Of a DNA stretch of 64,000 nt, positions 24,201-38,600 are shown piece by piece (positions within the stretch are counted from its first letter, which is position 1; the number at the start of each line of letters is the position of its first letter). Both the position numbers and the translations under genes were made by a program. This DNA is from Rhina ancylostomus (taxonomy: Eukaryota): NCBI GenBank assembly GCA_030265395.1, contig JARFYF010000058.1, positions 21,000,021 through 21,064,020 of the forward strand, in the 5' to 3' direction. Under the pieces are notes generated by a model. It searched no databases. It was given only the letters and a program-made list of their open reading frames with translations, and was not told the origin of the DNA.

Positions 24201-27200
24201 GTGTCTTAGTCAGAGGCACATAAAGCCCCTGACTGGATCAGTGATTTTTGTGTACATGACATAGGTCATCAGCATTAAGTTTGCAGATAACATTTGGAGT
24301 GCAGTAGGTAATGGGCAATGCTGCTGAAGTTTTACACAAAGACTTTTCTCCCCCCATTTGGCTATAGGAGGCCAATCAAGCAGTGTAAAATACTCCATAT
24401 TAAAGAATGTAAATATACAAGGGCACAAATAAATTTTGGAAGTTAAAGGATGACCAACTGATGACTTTCAACCATGAAGGAGAGCAATTAAAGCAAACAA
24501 AATGTTGTCCCTTAACTAGAATAGTGGAGTTCTCTCAAACAACATGGCTGACATTGGTCAGCATTCCTCAAAAGGTTAATGCATACTCTGGAAAGGATGC
24601 AGAAAACAGTGAAGATGTCACCTAGTGAATAACAACGCAAGAAAGTGGCTGAAGTACAAATACCCCAAGGTATCAGCACCATCAAATGGCAGGGATAAAA
24701 GCTGAAAGAACATTGCTGGGCTAAAGCCAAATGAACACTTACCACACTGAGAAAAATGAGAGCCAAATTCACATTCGATACTTGAAATATGGGAAAATAC
24801 CACTGATCACTTAACAGCATTCAACACTGAAATTCTCACGAGTGTAAAACATCAATGCCCTACGTTCAAAGCACCACCTCTTTACTTCATTCGTTCACCT
24901 CATCTCTGCCATTTGATGGTGGTGACATCTCAGCAAGATTGTCTCTTGACCAGTTTGTCATGTTGTTCACTAGGTGACCAGCTTCACTGTTTACTGCAGT
25001 CTTTCCAAAATATGCATTAACCTTCCAAGAATTTGGAGCAAAGTCAGCCATACTGAGGGGGGGAACCAGTTTTTTTCTACCCCCAGCCAAGCTTGATATA
25101 ACAACCAGCTACACTCAGATCTGTTCAGAGGCCTATCTGTAGACTATGAATCTGATATGGCAAAATGTATTCAAACGTGCCAACTACTTTTCAGTTGCAG
25201 ACTAGGTAGTCTTGCTACCTTAAGCCAGGCTTCCAGATTGATTTTGTATTGACATTGTTGTTCTTCCGCCATTTTCTTATAACGATCCTTCTGAGCCTGA
25301 GAAACTTTCCGCCATCTTTTCCCAATCTCCACCATCCGATCTTTGAGATTCAGATGGTTCAGTTCACCGCCTGTAAGTAGTTCCTGGGAAAATTTCTGGT
25401 AGCCATTCCTGAAACACAAAAAGCTCCATATATTAAAGTTCCTCAGCCTTCAAGTGCCAAAATAAACTCAAGATGATCACAGGGTTAATTTTAATTTAGA
25501 AAAGTATTAATGGGTCCTCAATTAAATACTAGGAGCAGCAACACATGCTATAAAGCTCAGAGTGTGCACCTATAACCACCCTTCTGCAATTTTTTGATCC
25601 TTTAAATTTTTAGAAAATGAATGGGGATTGCCAAAGTTTCACAGGTCTTGCCCAAATGGATGCAGGGAAACAAATGATCGACTTGCATCAAAACTACAAT
25701 CCCTTCTATAATAATACCCAGCCTTCCTTTAGCTTCATCCTTCATTTCCGATTAGTCCTCAGTCTGTCACTTTCTCACTATTCCACTCTCCATCTACTGC
25801 TCCCAATTCACCAGAGCAATGAAAACTAAAACATTTAATTTAGACTGTGGAGATAAAGTGTGTGCACATTTAAGTGCTGGACAGATATTAGAGAGTTAAA
25901 GCTGCTTCTCAGTGACTGTGATAATGAATGGCAGGTACTTACATTGGTGGCTTTTTTGGTTCCCCCTCAAATTTTATTTTCTTGTTCACATTTGTTGCTG
26001 GTGTTCGTATTTCACTTAGTTCTTTCTGAAACAAGACAATGTGTGCAAAACAGACTTCAATAATAAAATTAAGTCACTTATGCAGTGAAAAGCAGAACGT
26101 ATTGTCTTTTTCATCTTTAGGCCTTTGTTCAAAAAAACGACTTTCTTTCTTCACCACAGTATCTTGGTACAGCAAAAGATAGTGGTAGAATAAATTGTTC
26201 TTCACCTCAGCTACTTTACGCAGGTGGAAGAGGACAGGGAATATGGGCCAAGAATTTCTGCTCTTGGTGGTGATCTAACAATTAGAGAATGTGTATCTGA
26301 GTACTGAGCATGAACAGAAGTTGAGGCAATTCCTCTTGCAGCTAAATTTTTGTTCTAATTGCTTTTCCAACTAAACATTCTTTCTGCACACATTGAGAAA
26401 GCAGATCAATAGTCTCATTTCTTGGAGAGACCAATCCTGTTCTCAGCTAACACTGGACAACTAACAGATTTCATCTGCACTAAACAGTTACGTGAATGGT
26501 GGAACTTCTTTTATGCTTATTAATGTACTGCATTAAAATCCCCAATCCTCTTCAATAGGTCAGTCTTAATCCCAACTATGCTAACACTTATATAAAGTGG
26601 TTGCCAAATCAGTTGCACTCCCTAATAAAATAAAACATTATGGGTTCTGCTGACGCCACTTTTTTGTTAAAATATGGAGTGAAGAAAATTTAAAATATAA
26701 ATCAGAATGTGAGCAATATTCACTCCAATGAGAAAGAAATTGCTCTTCTATATTTGGACATTTTGATGTAACTGAAGGCCATTACCATTTCAGATGCAAT
26801 TCACGTAGTCATGGGCTGATCTCACTCACTAGGCCACATTCTTAACACCACTTCCAGGTTATCAATGAACCATCTGCATGGTAATCACATTTCTACTTCA
26901 CATTTGATTTTTAGGTCTGCAATTTTAATTCAGACAATTATAAAAACTCAACCACCAGGGAATTGGCATCTCTGGTGGCCAAAGTCCATTTTCCTGAGGT
27001 CACTGAGTCAAGCATTTAAGTTTCACTGACATTAATTATTCTGATGAACAGGAAGAAAAAAGCTAAAGGCAGGATTACTGGCAATTCAGTCAAATGAAGT
27101 TTCTTCAAAAGAAACTTTTCCATGTCTGGCAACAATTGGTTCTCCAACAAAAGCAAAGTTACCACACACTTATGTCCCTAAGATCTTGGTTCAATGGTCA

Positions 27201-30200
27201 TGTTGTTATTGATGACTCTGTTAACTGACAAAGGACTGTTGCTTGTGATGAACCAAATGAAAACAGTGCTGGATTGGGAGGAAGGCATAGTAACAATTTA
27301 TGAATGAACCCCATCTGAATTGTGATACTTTCCCATTACTATACTTTGCCACTGGCTTATGAAATATAGCCAGTGATATTATATGGGGGAGGGGGAGAGA
27401 GATCAACATGAAAGAAAGCATGACATTGGGCCTGATTGGACAGAAAAAAGAAGTGGTATTTTGGTCAGTGCTATAGACCCTTCAATACAAATGACAATCT
27501 TTCCCATTGATTCCTTATCAAGTTGGTCTCCCTCAGTCCTTTAGGTCACTTTGAAGGACTTTGTACAGGCATTTTCTACACATTCTATCAGAACTTTTAG
27601 TGCCATGCACCTTCCAGTGGTGCCAACTACTTACTTACTGAATCAATAACAATTGCAAATCATAACAAATGCAGATATGTTGTGTTGATGGCACAGATGG
27701 AGTGCTTTCTAATCTCCCCCATAGACAATGCTCAAAAGTTTGTCAATTCTGTACTTATATACATTAATATTAAAAAATACAGAATTGACAAAATTGCAAG
27801 ACCACTCTGATGCAACAAAGCAGGTTACTACCAACTGAAGTATCGTTGCAATAAACCCAGAAACAACTATGGCAGATGGATACTTGCTATATATACACAT
27901 TGCAAAACTGCATCTCCAGGCCCCAGCTGCAGCACTACGTACGTGGCCATTCCATGTCCAATGACTGGGCCAAGACAAGACGGTGTTGAGAGTTGATGCC
28001 CACATGGAACTGGATTGAGATTGGTCAGAATGGTTTCAGAAGACACTTGGCGCTCACAGTAAGTGTTGCATTTTTCATCCTACAATCAAATGCTGCTTTT
28101 GAACAATACTTCAAGAGATCAAGATATTGCAAGACCACTCTGATGCAGCAAAGCAGGGACACTACCAACTGAAGTATCATTGCAATAAACCCAGAAACAA
28201 GTATGGCAGATGGATACTTGCTATGAAGCAGCCAAAGAGCAGCAAGGAGCTCATTTTCTAACTCAGTCAAGAGCCAGTTGCTTTGGTATCAAACTTGCTT
28301 TAAGAGGAACAGAGAGGAGTGTACCTCATATCGCTTTTGATCCTCAGCCGCCTTTTTAATCCACATTAATTTCTCCTTTTTCTCCATTGCACTCCAAGTT
28401 GCCTCCATCGCTTTTATAGCCTTAGTGCGATCATTCTAAAAAAAACAAAAAACACACCATGAAGCCCAGCATTTTTGCAACGTCAAGATATGGCCCAGAT
28501 CACAATCAGTCTGACAGCATGCGCTACCAAATGCATGTGCATCGCTTCAAAAACCTCCATTCTCTGGGAGTACAGAATAAACAAATCCCAAAAAGAATTT
28601 TGGGCATAACTGGTGTGTTGATTAAGAAATGAGGGCAAAATAATGACCCTCAAGAGCAATGCTGAAGCTGAACAGGATTACATGTACTGTACAAAGTGCA
28701 TTGAAGGCAGCACTATAGGCTGCATAGACAGTAAACAGACTGCACACATTACCAAGATGTTGTGGGATCAAGCATGTCACACAACTGGGTTCTGGTATGC
28801 AGAATGAAGAAAAATGACTTAAATGTTAGGCCAAAGTCTTCTAGACTGAATCATCCTGCAATTGTTTTGAAGAAGTGCTCAAGAAACAACCTGTCACATT
28901 TAAAAGTGGTCACAAATGTAAAGAGCATCTGATGGACCAAGGGGATTTTAAATCCTGAACATTTCCTCACAACTTGGAAATCTTTTAAGTGCACCAGCTG
29001 GTGCAAGTCAGAATTTTCTGGAGGGGTTTTTAAACCCAGAATCAAAGTCACGAAGCAGACAAAAACATGGGTGCCAGTAAACAAATCAATCCATATAGTG
29101 ATCAAGGAGAGATGAACGTTTCAAGTTCAAGCTCTTTAAAACAGCAATAAAATCTTCCAAAAGGTGGATTACTGCTAGGTGAATATGGCTGGAGGAAAAT
29201 ACTTGGTGTGAGGAATGCAAGCCTGAAAGCCCACAGACTCTCAATTCTACCCCTCACATTTACAATGAACACAAATTGGCATTATTCGTACCACTCAAAG
29301 TTGAGAGAATGTGTTTTGGAACCAATTTTGCCCTTAAGTAAACTAATTTATTACTTGTAACAATAGTGACTACTTCATGCTGAAATCCACAAAGTGTCGA
29401 TTTAGAGTGGATCTGTGTAAATATGGAAGAAATCCTTGGAGGAAAACTCATTCTGTATCCATTTTAGAATGAGATTTGCATAACTAAGTTTAACACTTAG
29501 CTAGAAGCAACAAAAATACCAAAAAAGATACCAAAATAGTGACTGGATGAATGAGTCACATCTCAAATTAAAGACTGGTGGAAATTGCCAGTTAGATAAT
29601 CTCCAAGAGAGGAAATTCAATTAAGTCCTCAAGAGTGTCACAAACCCTTGAGCCTTTGAAAGCACAGTATACACAACAGCTTGGTTCAAATCAACAAAGC
29701 TGGGAACAAATTAATTCTTTAATTCAAAAGCCAAGGCAGACATTAATAAGTAACACGTTACAAATGCCCGTAAGATAATACATGCTCCATTCTAGCATAG
29801 TCAAAATCAGGATTTAGATAGTGAAAATGGGTCCATTAGCAATTCAGGCAAGAACCTAGCAATGGAAAACTGAAATACAACTTCTCAAAATATTGACAGG
29901 ACGTTGGCCAGAAGGCATCAGCCAATCATCTCCTACTATTCTGCATTCAATCCTGGATCAGTCTTTAAAAGGGTGCATTTATAAAAAGTAAACAATTCCA
30001 AGTTGGTTGGGGCTGTATTAGAACTATTTATGGCATTCCATTAATGAAATGACAAGATTTCAACTCTCACGTTAAAACAATCTCAAATTGTAACTGGAAG
30101 GCAATATCTGGGATACATTTTAAAATGGACAAATTGGTTCAATTGGTCCCAAGTCATTCACAAGTTGAAGACACTTCAAGCAGAATTAATTCACTTTTAA

Positions 30201-32573
30201 AGATTCAAGGGAGTGTAGAGTAGTCTGCAAAGTTTCCTTCTGCTAAATTAGTAATAATGATGGACCTTGCCAAAGCCGGAGCAAGTTTCATAATCATAGC
30301 TTTTATGAAATTTTTACAAAGCTTTTTTTGGGGCGGGGGTGGGGGTTGTTGGTGGTCTTTGAGACAATAGGATATCAATGTGCATTGTCATCCACATTGA
30401 GGAAACACTTCCTGCACATAAAATTAACAGGAGAATCCAGGAGAAAGCATGCTACCGATGTAGCCAAATGACTCAAGCAGAGCTGAAACGCAGAGAATGA
30501 AAATAGCTCTGATATAGTAAAACAAAGTACACCCGAAAAATTTGCAATATTTGTTGGAAGAGTGTTAATACATGTAGTTGCTACAAATATAAACAAGGAA
30601 GCACAAGCTTTTTCAAATTTCTCTTGTGGAAGAAATAGAGCAGTCCAAAACAATAAATGATAATCCAAGGGTCACTACCAATAGTAANNNNNNNNNNNNN
30701 NNNNNNNNNNNNNNNNNNNNNNNNNNNNNNNNNNNNNNNNNNNNNNNNNNNNNNNNNNNNNNNNNNNNNNNNNNNNNNNNNNNNNNNATCAATAGTAATA
30801 ATTGTACATGGCTATGATGTTCATTAATCATTTCACATAATGCAGTTGCAAAGTTAAACACATAACAAGTGCTTTAATTGGCCACCAGCAACTAAACGAA
30901 ATATTGTTTGATCCAAGGTTTTTTGGGGGTGGGGGGGGGGGAAGAAGGTGGTAGTTGGTTGATGATACGATTAAGGCAGCAGTAAAAAGAAACTAAATTA
31001 GAGTGATCAGAGTTGTGGATGAAACGCCTCCAATTACCACGTCAAATAAAGCTAATAGAGCCGCTTAGAAATACTGTACAAGTCAGTACTCACAATAGCC
31101 AGCAAGAGCTTCCTGCATGTTAGCGCACAAATATGAAGTGCCTGGTCTCTGTCAGTATTTCAAACCTCCCACCAGGATGTACAGCCCTGCCAAGTTTGGT
31201 AAGCAGCCTTGTTCCCCATCCATTTAAAGTGGTCTCTTCTTCTCTATAGCTACCCCAGTGCATACCCTGTACTTGGCCAGATAATCGCCAATCACATTCT
31301 GTTGCCATATCTCTTCTGCAGTCTTGGGTGGCTCTGGCAGTTTCCCACGGACAGCAGAGCCTTTTCCGTCTTTTCCGTAGCCCTGCCTTTTCTGCTCCGA
31401 TTCGGCCTTTGCCGCTGCCTCCATGCGTCGATACTTTTCCTGTTGCAGCAAAAACATCATTAAGTCCTTTAAAATGTAATCCTTTCCATTAAAGACATAG
31501 TAACTGAATGTTTTGCAATCAACTTGCAGTTCAGAGAGCTACCATTTGCTGGATTATTAATTGTGTATGGTACCATTTCATAAAATTCCACTTTAACATA
31601 GAACCTTGCAAGGTCCTTCAAGCAAACATTACCAAACAAAAGTAATCAAACTCAATCTATTAGGTTGACTCCCAATATGGGAACAATCATGTGGCATTTT
31701 CCCTTTCACAGATTTACAATTTCTGCAAAAGCCATAAGAATTTTACTGCTCAATGTACACAGCACATATAAAGCTTAGTTCCAACATTGCAGCTCTTTCC
31801 ATTGAGTATAGAAGCTCAAGAGACAGCAAGAATTGGAGTTTTGAATATTTTCAAGGAGTACAGTCAATGACAAAAGTTTTTAAAATATTTGTTGCTCAAA
31901 CACTATAAACACAAGTCCTGGAAGTGTACATCTTGGTAACAAGGCCAATTGGAATAGTGTATTACTAGTGTCATGGCAAGCTTGAACCACCAATCAAAAT
32001 ACCCATACATGGCAGAAATTTAAGCCCTCCATTGAAGATTCCTGTGCCTAAAATACAAGTAGACCTTCTTCCCCAATTTCAGGGGAAGTTATATAACAAA
32101 GTAAAGCAAAAGGTGGTAAAATCCAGGACTTAATGCCAACTTCAAATCGCAAAACCTAAGCACTAATTACTTTGTTGTGGCAGATAATGGTTTATGTACA
32201 ATTCAGGAAGCTGTCACTGATCAGTTTAAAATACTACACATTAACCTACTGCTTAAACATGTTAAAAGTAAAAAAAATACTCAAAACTCTGATGGATTAA
32301 ACTAGCTCAAGTAGATTCTATACCCCACAATCTAAATGCTTGCTTTAATTGAACAATTACAATGTTGTAAGTTATACAACATCCAAAGTAGCAGGATGTA
32401 AATTAAATGTGCCGTGACTTGGAAAGGAAAGCAGCACAGGCTGTTGGTGGTTGATGAAGAACAGAAAAAGGTTNNNNNNNNNNNNNNNNNNNNNNNNNNN
32501 NNNNNNNNNNNNNNNNNNNNNNNNNNNNNNNNNNNNNNNNNNNNNNNNNNNNNNNNNNNNNNNNNNNNNNNNN

Positions 32574-32651
<78 letters not shown>

Positions 32652-35600
32652 AGGAGAGAAGACAGACTCAGGATATGACATTAAAAAGCATAAATTTTGG
32701 AAACTATCTTTGGACTTTGGTCAGAAAAGAGAAAAAATAATATGGAATCAGGTAACTACTCTGCATAGAAAATGATAGCTGAGTACCTCGGCAGCAAGGA
32801 AGATTAGTTGACACAAAAACAAATACAGAAGAAAGTGTGAAAAGCAAGAAAATCCAAAGCAAGATGGCTGACAAGCATTTTATGCTCCTGGCATTGTTCA
32901 AAATTTGTCCATTTATCTGATGCACTCCTGCTACTGGGCTCTCATGGCAATGGGAACTTTAATATTGACGAACAAATTTAAAATACACATCAACACTGAA
33001 TTTGCACTTGCAGTAGGCTCTGACCAATATTGAAGCAATAACAAATCTTTCCATTATTCCCCTCCATCTAAGTCACTGACCAGAGCTGGGGTTAGGATCT
33101 AAAAATAAACTGGACATCTCCTGAAAGACATAGATACTTCACCAGGCTATTTATTATAAGGAAGCTTCACAGCAAAGCTAGGTCAGATCTTCTGCCCCAA
33201 TACCAAGACATTGTACAACACCCCTGGTTTCCAGCTCTGTTATCAATGTGAGCATCTTCTACCTTGCCACTGTTTGTAGCTGTTCTGGTGGACATGTTAT
33301 GGAAACCAACAGGGCAATGTGTCCTCAACTGGGATTCCAAACCTTCAATCTGAAGCCTGCATGTTGAAACCATGCCAAGTCAAAACCTGATGTAAACACA
33401 ACTGTCCCTGTTTAAATTGGACATAGCAGCTGGTGGGTGAAAAGTAGAAAACTTTTGTACCCAAGTTACATTCAAATGCTTTTAAGATTCATTTTTACTG
33501 TTTTAGATGAAAAATAATCTTTAATTCTTTTAGGTATGTGGCACTGGCTGCTTGTGAACAGAGATATTCATAGACAGCTTTGAAAATGGGCGACCAAGGG
33601 TTTGGAGATAAGAGGCCTAACCTGGTCTGTACCAGGAGAGCTCATGCAACAGTGGGCCCTGCTGCAGTGAAGGGAGCTGGGCTCCTGCCAGATCCACACT
33701 GAAACAAACAGCGTGGCTCAGTTCTGTGCAATGAAAGGTCTGCCCCCATTAGAAACCCAAACTCTGGGCCATTTTTTGGTCTGCTTGGAACTGCTAGTGT
33801 AGCTGATGTCCTGTACCAGCAAATGGTTAAGACAACATGAATTAAATAAGAAACAAGAGACTGCAGAGACCAGGAATCTGGAGCAACACAAAGGAGATGG
33901 AGGAACTTAGCATCTATAGAGGGAAATGGACAGTCAACATTTCAGGTCAAGACCCTTGATCAGGACTTGTCTGATGAACAATCCTGAATGAAAGGTCTTG
34001 ACCCGAAACACAGACCATCCATTTCCCTCCATAGATGCTGCTGACCAACTGAGTTCCTCCAGCTCTTTTGTGCGCTGCTCAAGAATTGATCTGCAATCTT
34101 TTGATCTGGCACCTTAGCACACATTCCAAAAGTCAAACCCTGCAGGAATCTAGTACTATAAATTTTATGGTGGAGAATTCCTGCAATGCAGGTTATGCTA
34201 CTGATTCATTTCAGCCTAATTTACCTACAGTGGAATGAGATAAAAATCTTAAAAAAATAAAGCTTTGAATGGATCATTTGGGATACTTTAGCCCCTTCCG
34301 CCTTTAACTACAGTCCACAAACTATGGAGACCTAGGACCACCATGAAACAGGAGGCAAAATGACTAGGAAGGAAAATGCAACCATCACACAAAGGCTCCT
34401 GAGTGCAAGGTCAAATGCATATTACAGAATGAGCCAGACATACAAGGTGCTACTGCGACAGGCAGGGAAGACTCAGGGAAACCCAGCAATAAATAATAGA
34501 AAGGAAAAATAACACCAGAGGAACTTAAAATACAAGACTCCTCAAACAATACTTCTACATACATTGGAAATGTTGAGATTTACTTTAAAAATATTAAAGA
34601 GAAGGACCTTCAGGACTGCCTTTAAACATCTCTATACTCATAGGCAGCAAAGGCTTCAGTGACTGCAGTTCTAATCAATACAAACAAGAATACAATAGTC
34701 ATGCAAGCTTCAGAGGGCATTACAGAGGCGGCAATACACAATAGAAACAACTACAATAATTCTTCATTTGAATTTGGATGCAAAGTGGAATAAAATTGTA
34801 ACATAGCCTTCTTCACTCCAGGGCTAAAACCAATTTAAAGCTGGGAAAAGATCACTGATCGTCTACTTGCTATAAACCCTGTGTGACATTTTTGACAAGT
34901 TTGTGACAATTGCCATCTGTTTGTGTTACAAATCTGCAGCCAGGCTATGGATCTTAGAATACTGGAGGTTTTGTTTTGAAGGGTATGGAAAGACTGAATC
35001 GGCCAACGTGATGAAGTACAGTCACTTAAGTACTCCAATTACAACTGTGCTGCTCTTATCCATTCAATAACAAGTTCAAAACACTGGCAGATTCTGCCAT
35101 CCACAAGGCTAACTGACACCCATTGCTGTTTAAAACCAGGGCCATGGAAATTGTGATCCAGATAGAATAGGTCACACATGCTCGAAGAAATTTCCCTTCA
35201 TCCACGACTACTCTTGACTAATGCCTTCACCACGAGGTCTCAATGAAGTGCTCAACTTAGTTTGTCAATATGCACCACAAATGCAAGTATAGAACTGCTT
35301 TTTGAAATATTGAACCTCTGGCCACCCACTGCCCAGCCCACACTGTGGTATCTGATAGCCACTCAAACAATTATTACCTTTTTCTTCTCAGACAGCTCAG
35401 TCCACATCCTGGCCAACTTTCTTGTCAGTTCACTCTCCGACAGCTCTGGCTCCTCCTCCTGTAACTTCTTGCGCTTCTCTTCCGAGAAAATGAACATGGC
35501 AGAGATCGGACGCTTTGGTTTGTCAGTAGTCGTCTGATAACAAATGTGAGAAGAGACCCTTTAACCATTTGCTTATTCTGGCAGCTGGTCTTCCACTTCC

Positions 35601-38600
35601 TTTACCATTCTCCCTTCAAGCTGCCAGGCCTCGGTCCTATTTAATTTTTTTTTATTTAGAACCACTCTCCCTGCAAAGGGCCTCATGACACACATCTCAA
35701 ATTGTGATGCAAACTAACAAGACACTGGAGCCTATCCAGGTGTGGACAAGCTCATGGGTGCAGTGGAACAACTGTGCATTGTCAATTCTCCTCTAACCAA
35801 TGCCTACCATTCCAGTAAAAGCAATACAGAGAAGGTTCTGCACAGCTATTTTTCTCTGCCAAGCTGCCTACTTGTCTTTTCAATTACTATTGAAACAGAG
35901 AACATACACAATTAATCTGGCCACATCAATCACTACCCTAGCCTGAATGCCATTCTAGTCCACCGCAGGAATGTTTAGAATTGATTTCAATGGATGTTCA
36001 ATTAAATGGAGTTGCCCAAGTACACATTTTAGTGACTTTTGTCATGGCACCCAAACAGCCAAGAATGTGATTGGATTTTCAACAACAGAATGGAATTCAC
36101 CACCGAGCCTCCACACAGTATCAATCTACTATTATCAAGAATGTCAAGTTTATCATACCCAGAGTTCTGGGTGGAGAAGGCTTAACTGAATTCTGTACAG
36201 CTATACTAAGTTGGTGGACAAGATCATCGTTATAACTGTGGTAGCACATTAAATTGCCATGCATATACACCATAACCACTGAACTCTGGGCAACTCTGGT
36301 GCACAGATATCCCCACATGAAAACCAGTAACATCCAGTCAACAGATAATGGAGGTAGCACAGATTGTTGTGGGAGAGGAAAGATCATTCAGTTAAATAAA
36401 AAGAGTACAGAAATAATCACACATCTACCATATTGATTGGGTAATTGTTTATTAAATGCTTTCAGCTGACGATCAAACCACAAATGAACGGTGTCACTGT
36501 GACCAGAGAAAGGCTGGATCATTCTAATTACATACATCCTCTTACCCATTACAGATTTACATTTTCCTGAATACTTGGAAACCACAGGTGGGCTGGACAA
36601 TCATAGCAGAGTCCTACAGACTTCACGATCAGCCAATGGAAAATAAGTGATAGCACTCTGGATGATACCACTTCATGAAATGGAGTTAATGTCAATGGCA
36701 GGAGCAAGGAGAAAGGAAACTTACTGAATACAGTGAAATAGCAGAAAGATGAAGGTAAGCAACATTCAGCAGTGCTTCAATACCCACCAAATGACTTGAT
36801 CATTGTCCCAACCATTGGCCTTTTAACTGGAACAGCAATGGGTGCTAGTCTATACCAACTACTCAATTACAGTATTTGTTGTATGAGCCACAGAGACTGC
36901 CACGGAGTGCTTAAACAATACTTGCATACTGTTTCTCCTCATTCCTCCCATAACAAAAAGTAGTTAGGATAGACACAATTGACAAGAACCAATACAAATA
37001 TTGCTGGATAACTACAGCATAATACAAGAGCAAAGGAATTGGAAGATTTTTGAACAGTTTGCAGAAGTCAGACTGAATACAAGTAGCCTACACCATTTTT
37101 GTTGCACATCTTAAATAATTCTGTGCATCTGGAATGAGCTGTACTGATTGAAGTAATAAGCATGGTTGTAATAACCAAGTTTGAAGACTACACCATTTAA
37201 AAATCACAATAATGTCAAGCATGAAGTTCCAGCAGAGACATCTAAATTTTTAATGCAATTTATAAGCAGACCTGCCTTATCAAATATCATTGAATGAATT
37301 GCAAAATTTGTACAAGCCTGCAAATATTCAATGGCCCCTGATCACATCTAAATTGTTGGCAATAAAAAGTATTTCTGGGAAACAGATAATACCAGTACGT
37401 TCTGGAGATCCTATGAGAGATTACCTGTACACTTGAATGCATTCTCTAAACAGAATAACTGTAATACAATTCCAATTCATATTTCAAACTGCACCATAAA
37501 ATTATAATATTAGTAATTATGTCTACTGTTATTCCCAAGCACCCAATGTCTTTCTGCTAGGAAATACTAAGTATAACACTAGGAAACAGTACAAGGAATA
37601 GGCCTCCAATCAGAAGTAATAAGACCTAAGGACTTCCTTTGCTGTCAAAGGGAAGTCTCAATGATAAAAATGTCCAGAATACACAAAAGCAAATAATAAA
37701 ACACTCAATTGCACACACAGGCACCATAGGTTTGCAATTTCACTCATGTATTACTTCATTAAAAGCGAAGAGGTTTTCTCCATCAACATAGAAGACTATT
37801 TATGTGAATATTTTCAGTTTATTCTTAACTTTAATCTGTTGCTTACAAGTTGTTCTTCTAAACAGGGCTGGAAAATAAGTAAAATGAGCCAAGTGAATGA
37901 GTTTACAACCACAGCCATGGTTAGAATAACTGAAAGCAGGTTTGCAAACTAAAGGCAAGTTAGTGACCAAGAGCAGCATCAGAATGGCAAAGCTAAAATG
38001 GGAGGGAAGAGAAACCAGCAGAAACAAACATCCAGCCACATTCCATATAGATAACTGAAGCAAGGCACGTGCATCTTTATCAAAAAAGCCAGGAAGTACC
38101 CCAAAACCTGAACCTTAATAATGGAGTGTAACATCTTACTAACCACTGAAGTCAGGCTAACTGGCCTATAATTTCCTGTATTTTGCCTCCCTCCCTGCTT
38201 AAAGAGTGGAGTGACATTAGCAAATTTTCCAGTCCTCTGGAAACAAGACTAGTGATTCTTGAAATAAGAACATGTTGCAATAAGCTACACCAAGATATTT
38301 AAAATTCATAAGTTATGATAACCATAGCCAAGTAATCAATCAAAAATTTGGAGCGGCAAGCACAAATCTGATAAAGAAGGAATGCATTAAGAGACTCCAA
38401 TGCTTGCACAAGCAATGTCAGCCTTGTGCATCATAACAAATCAGATCCTTATCTAACTATCCAAATGCAAGTTTAAACAGTGGTAAGATGAGATTTAGTT
38501 TCTTGCCACCAACACTTTTTTAAAAAAACCTGTACAGTGTAATGGGCAGAAGCTAAAATGCCTCATCACATGATGCAAACCACACCAAAAGAGTCTTAGT

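Noticed and set aside
32403-32740. His-Thr and Val-Cys repeat ORFs
   Set aside because: Translation of the (GT)n microsatellite.
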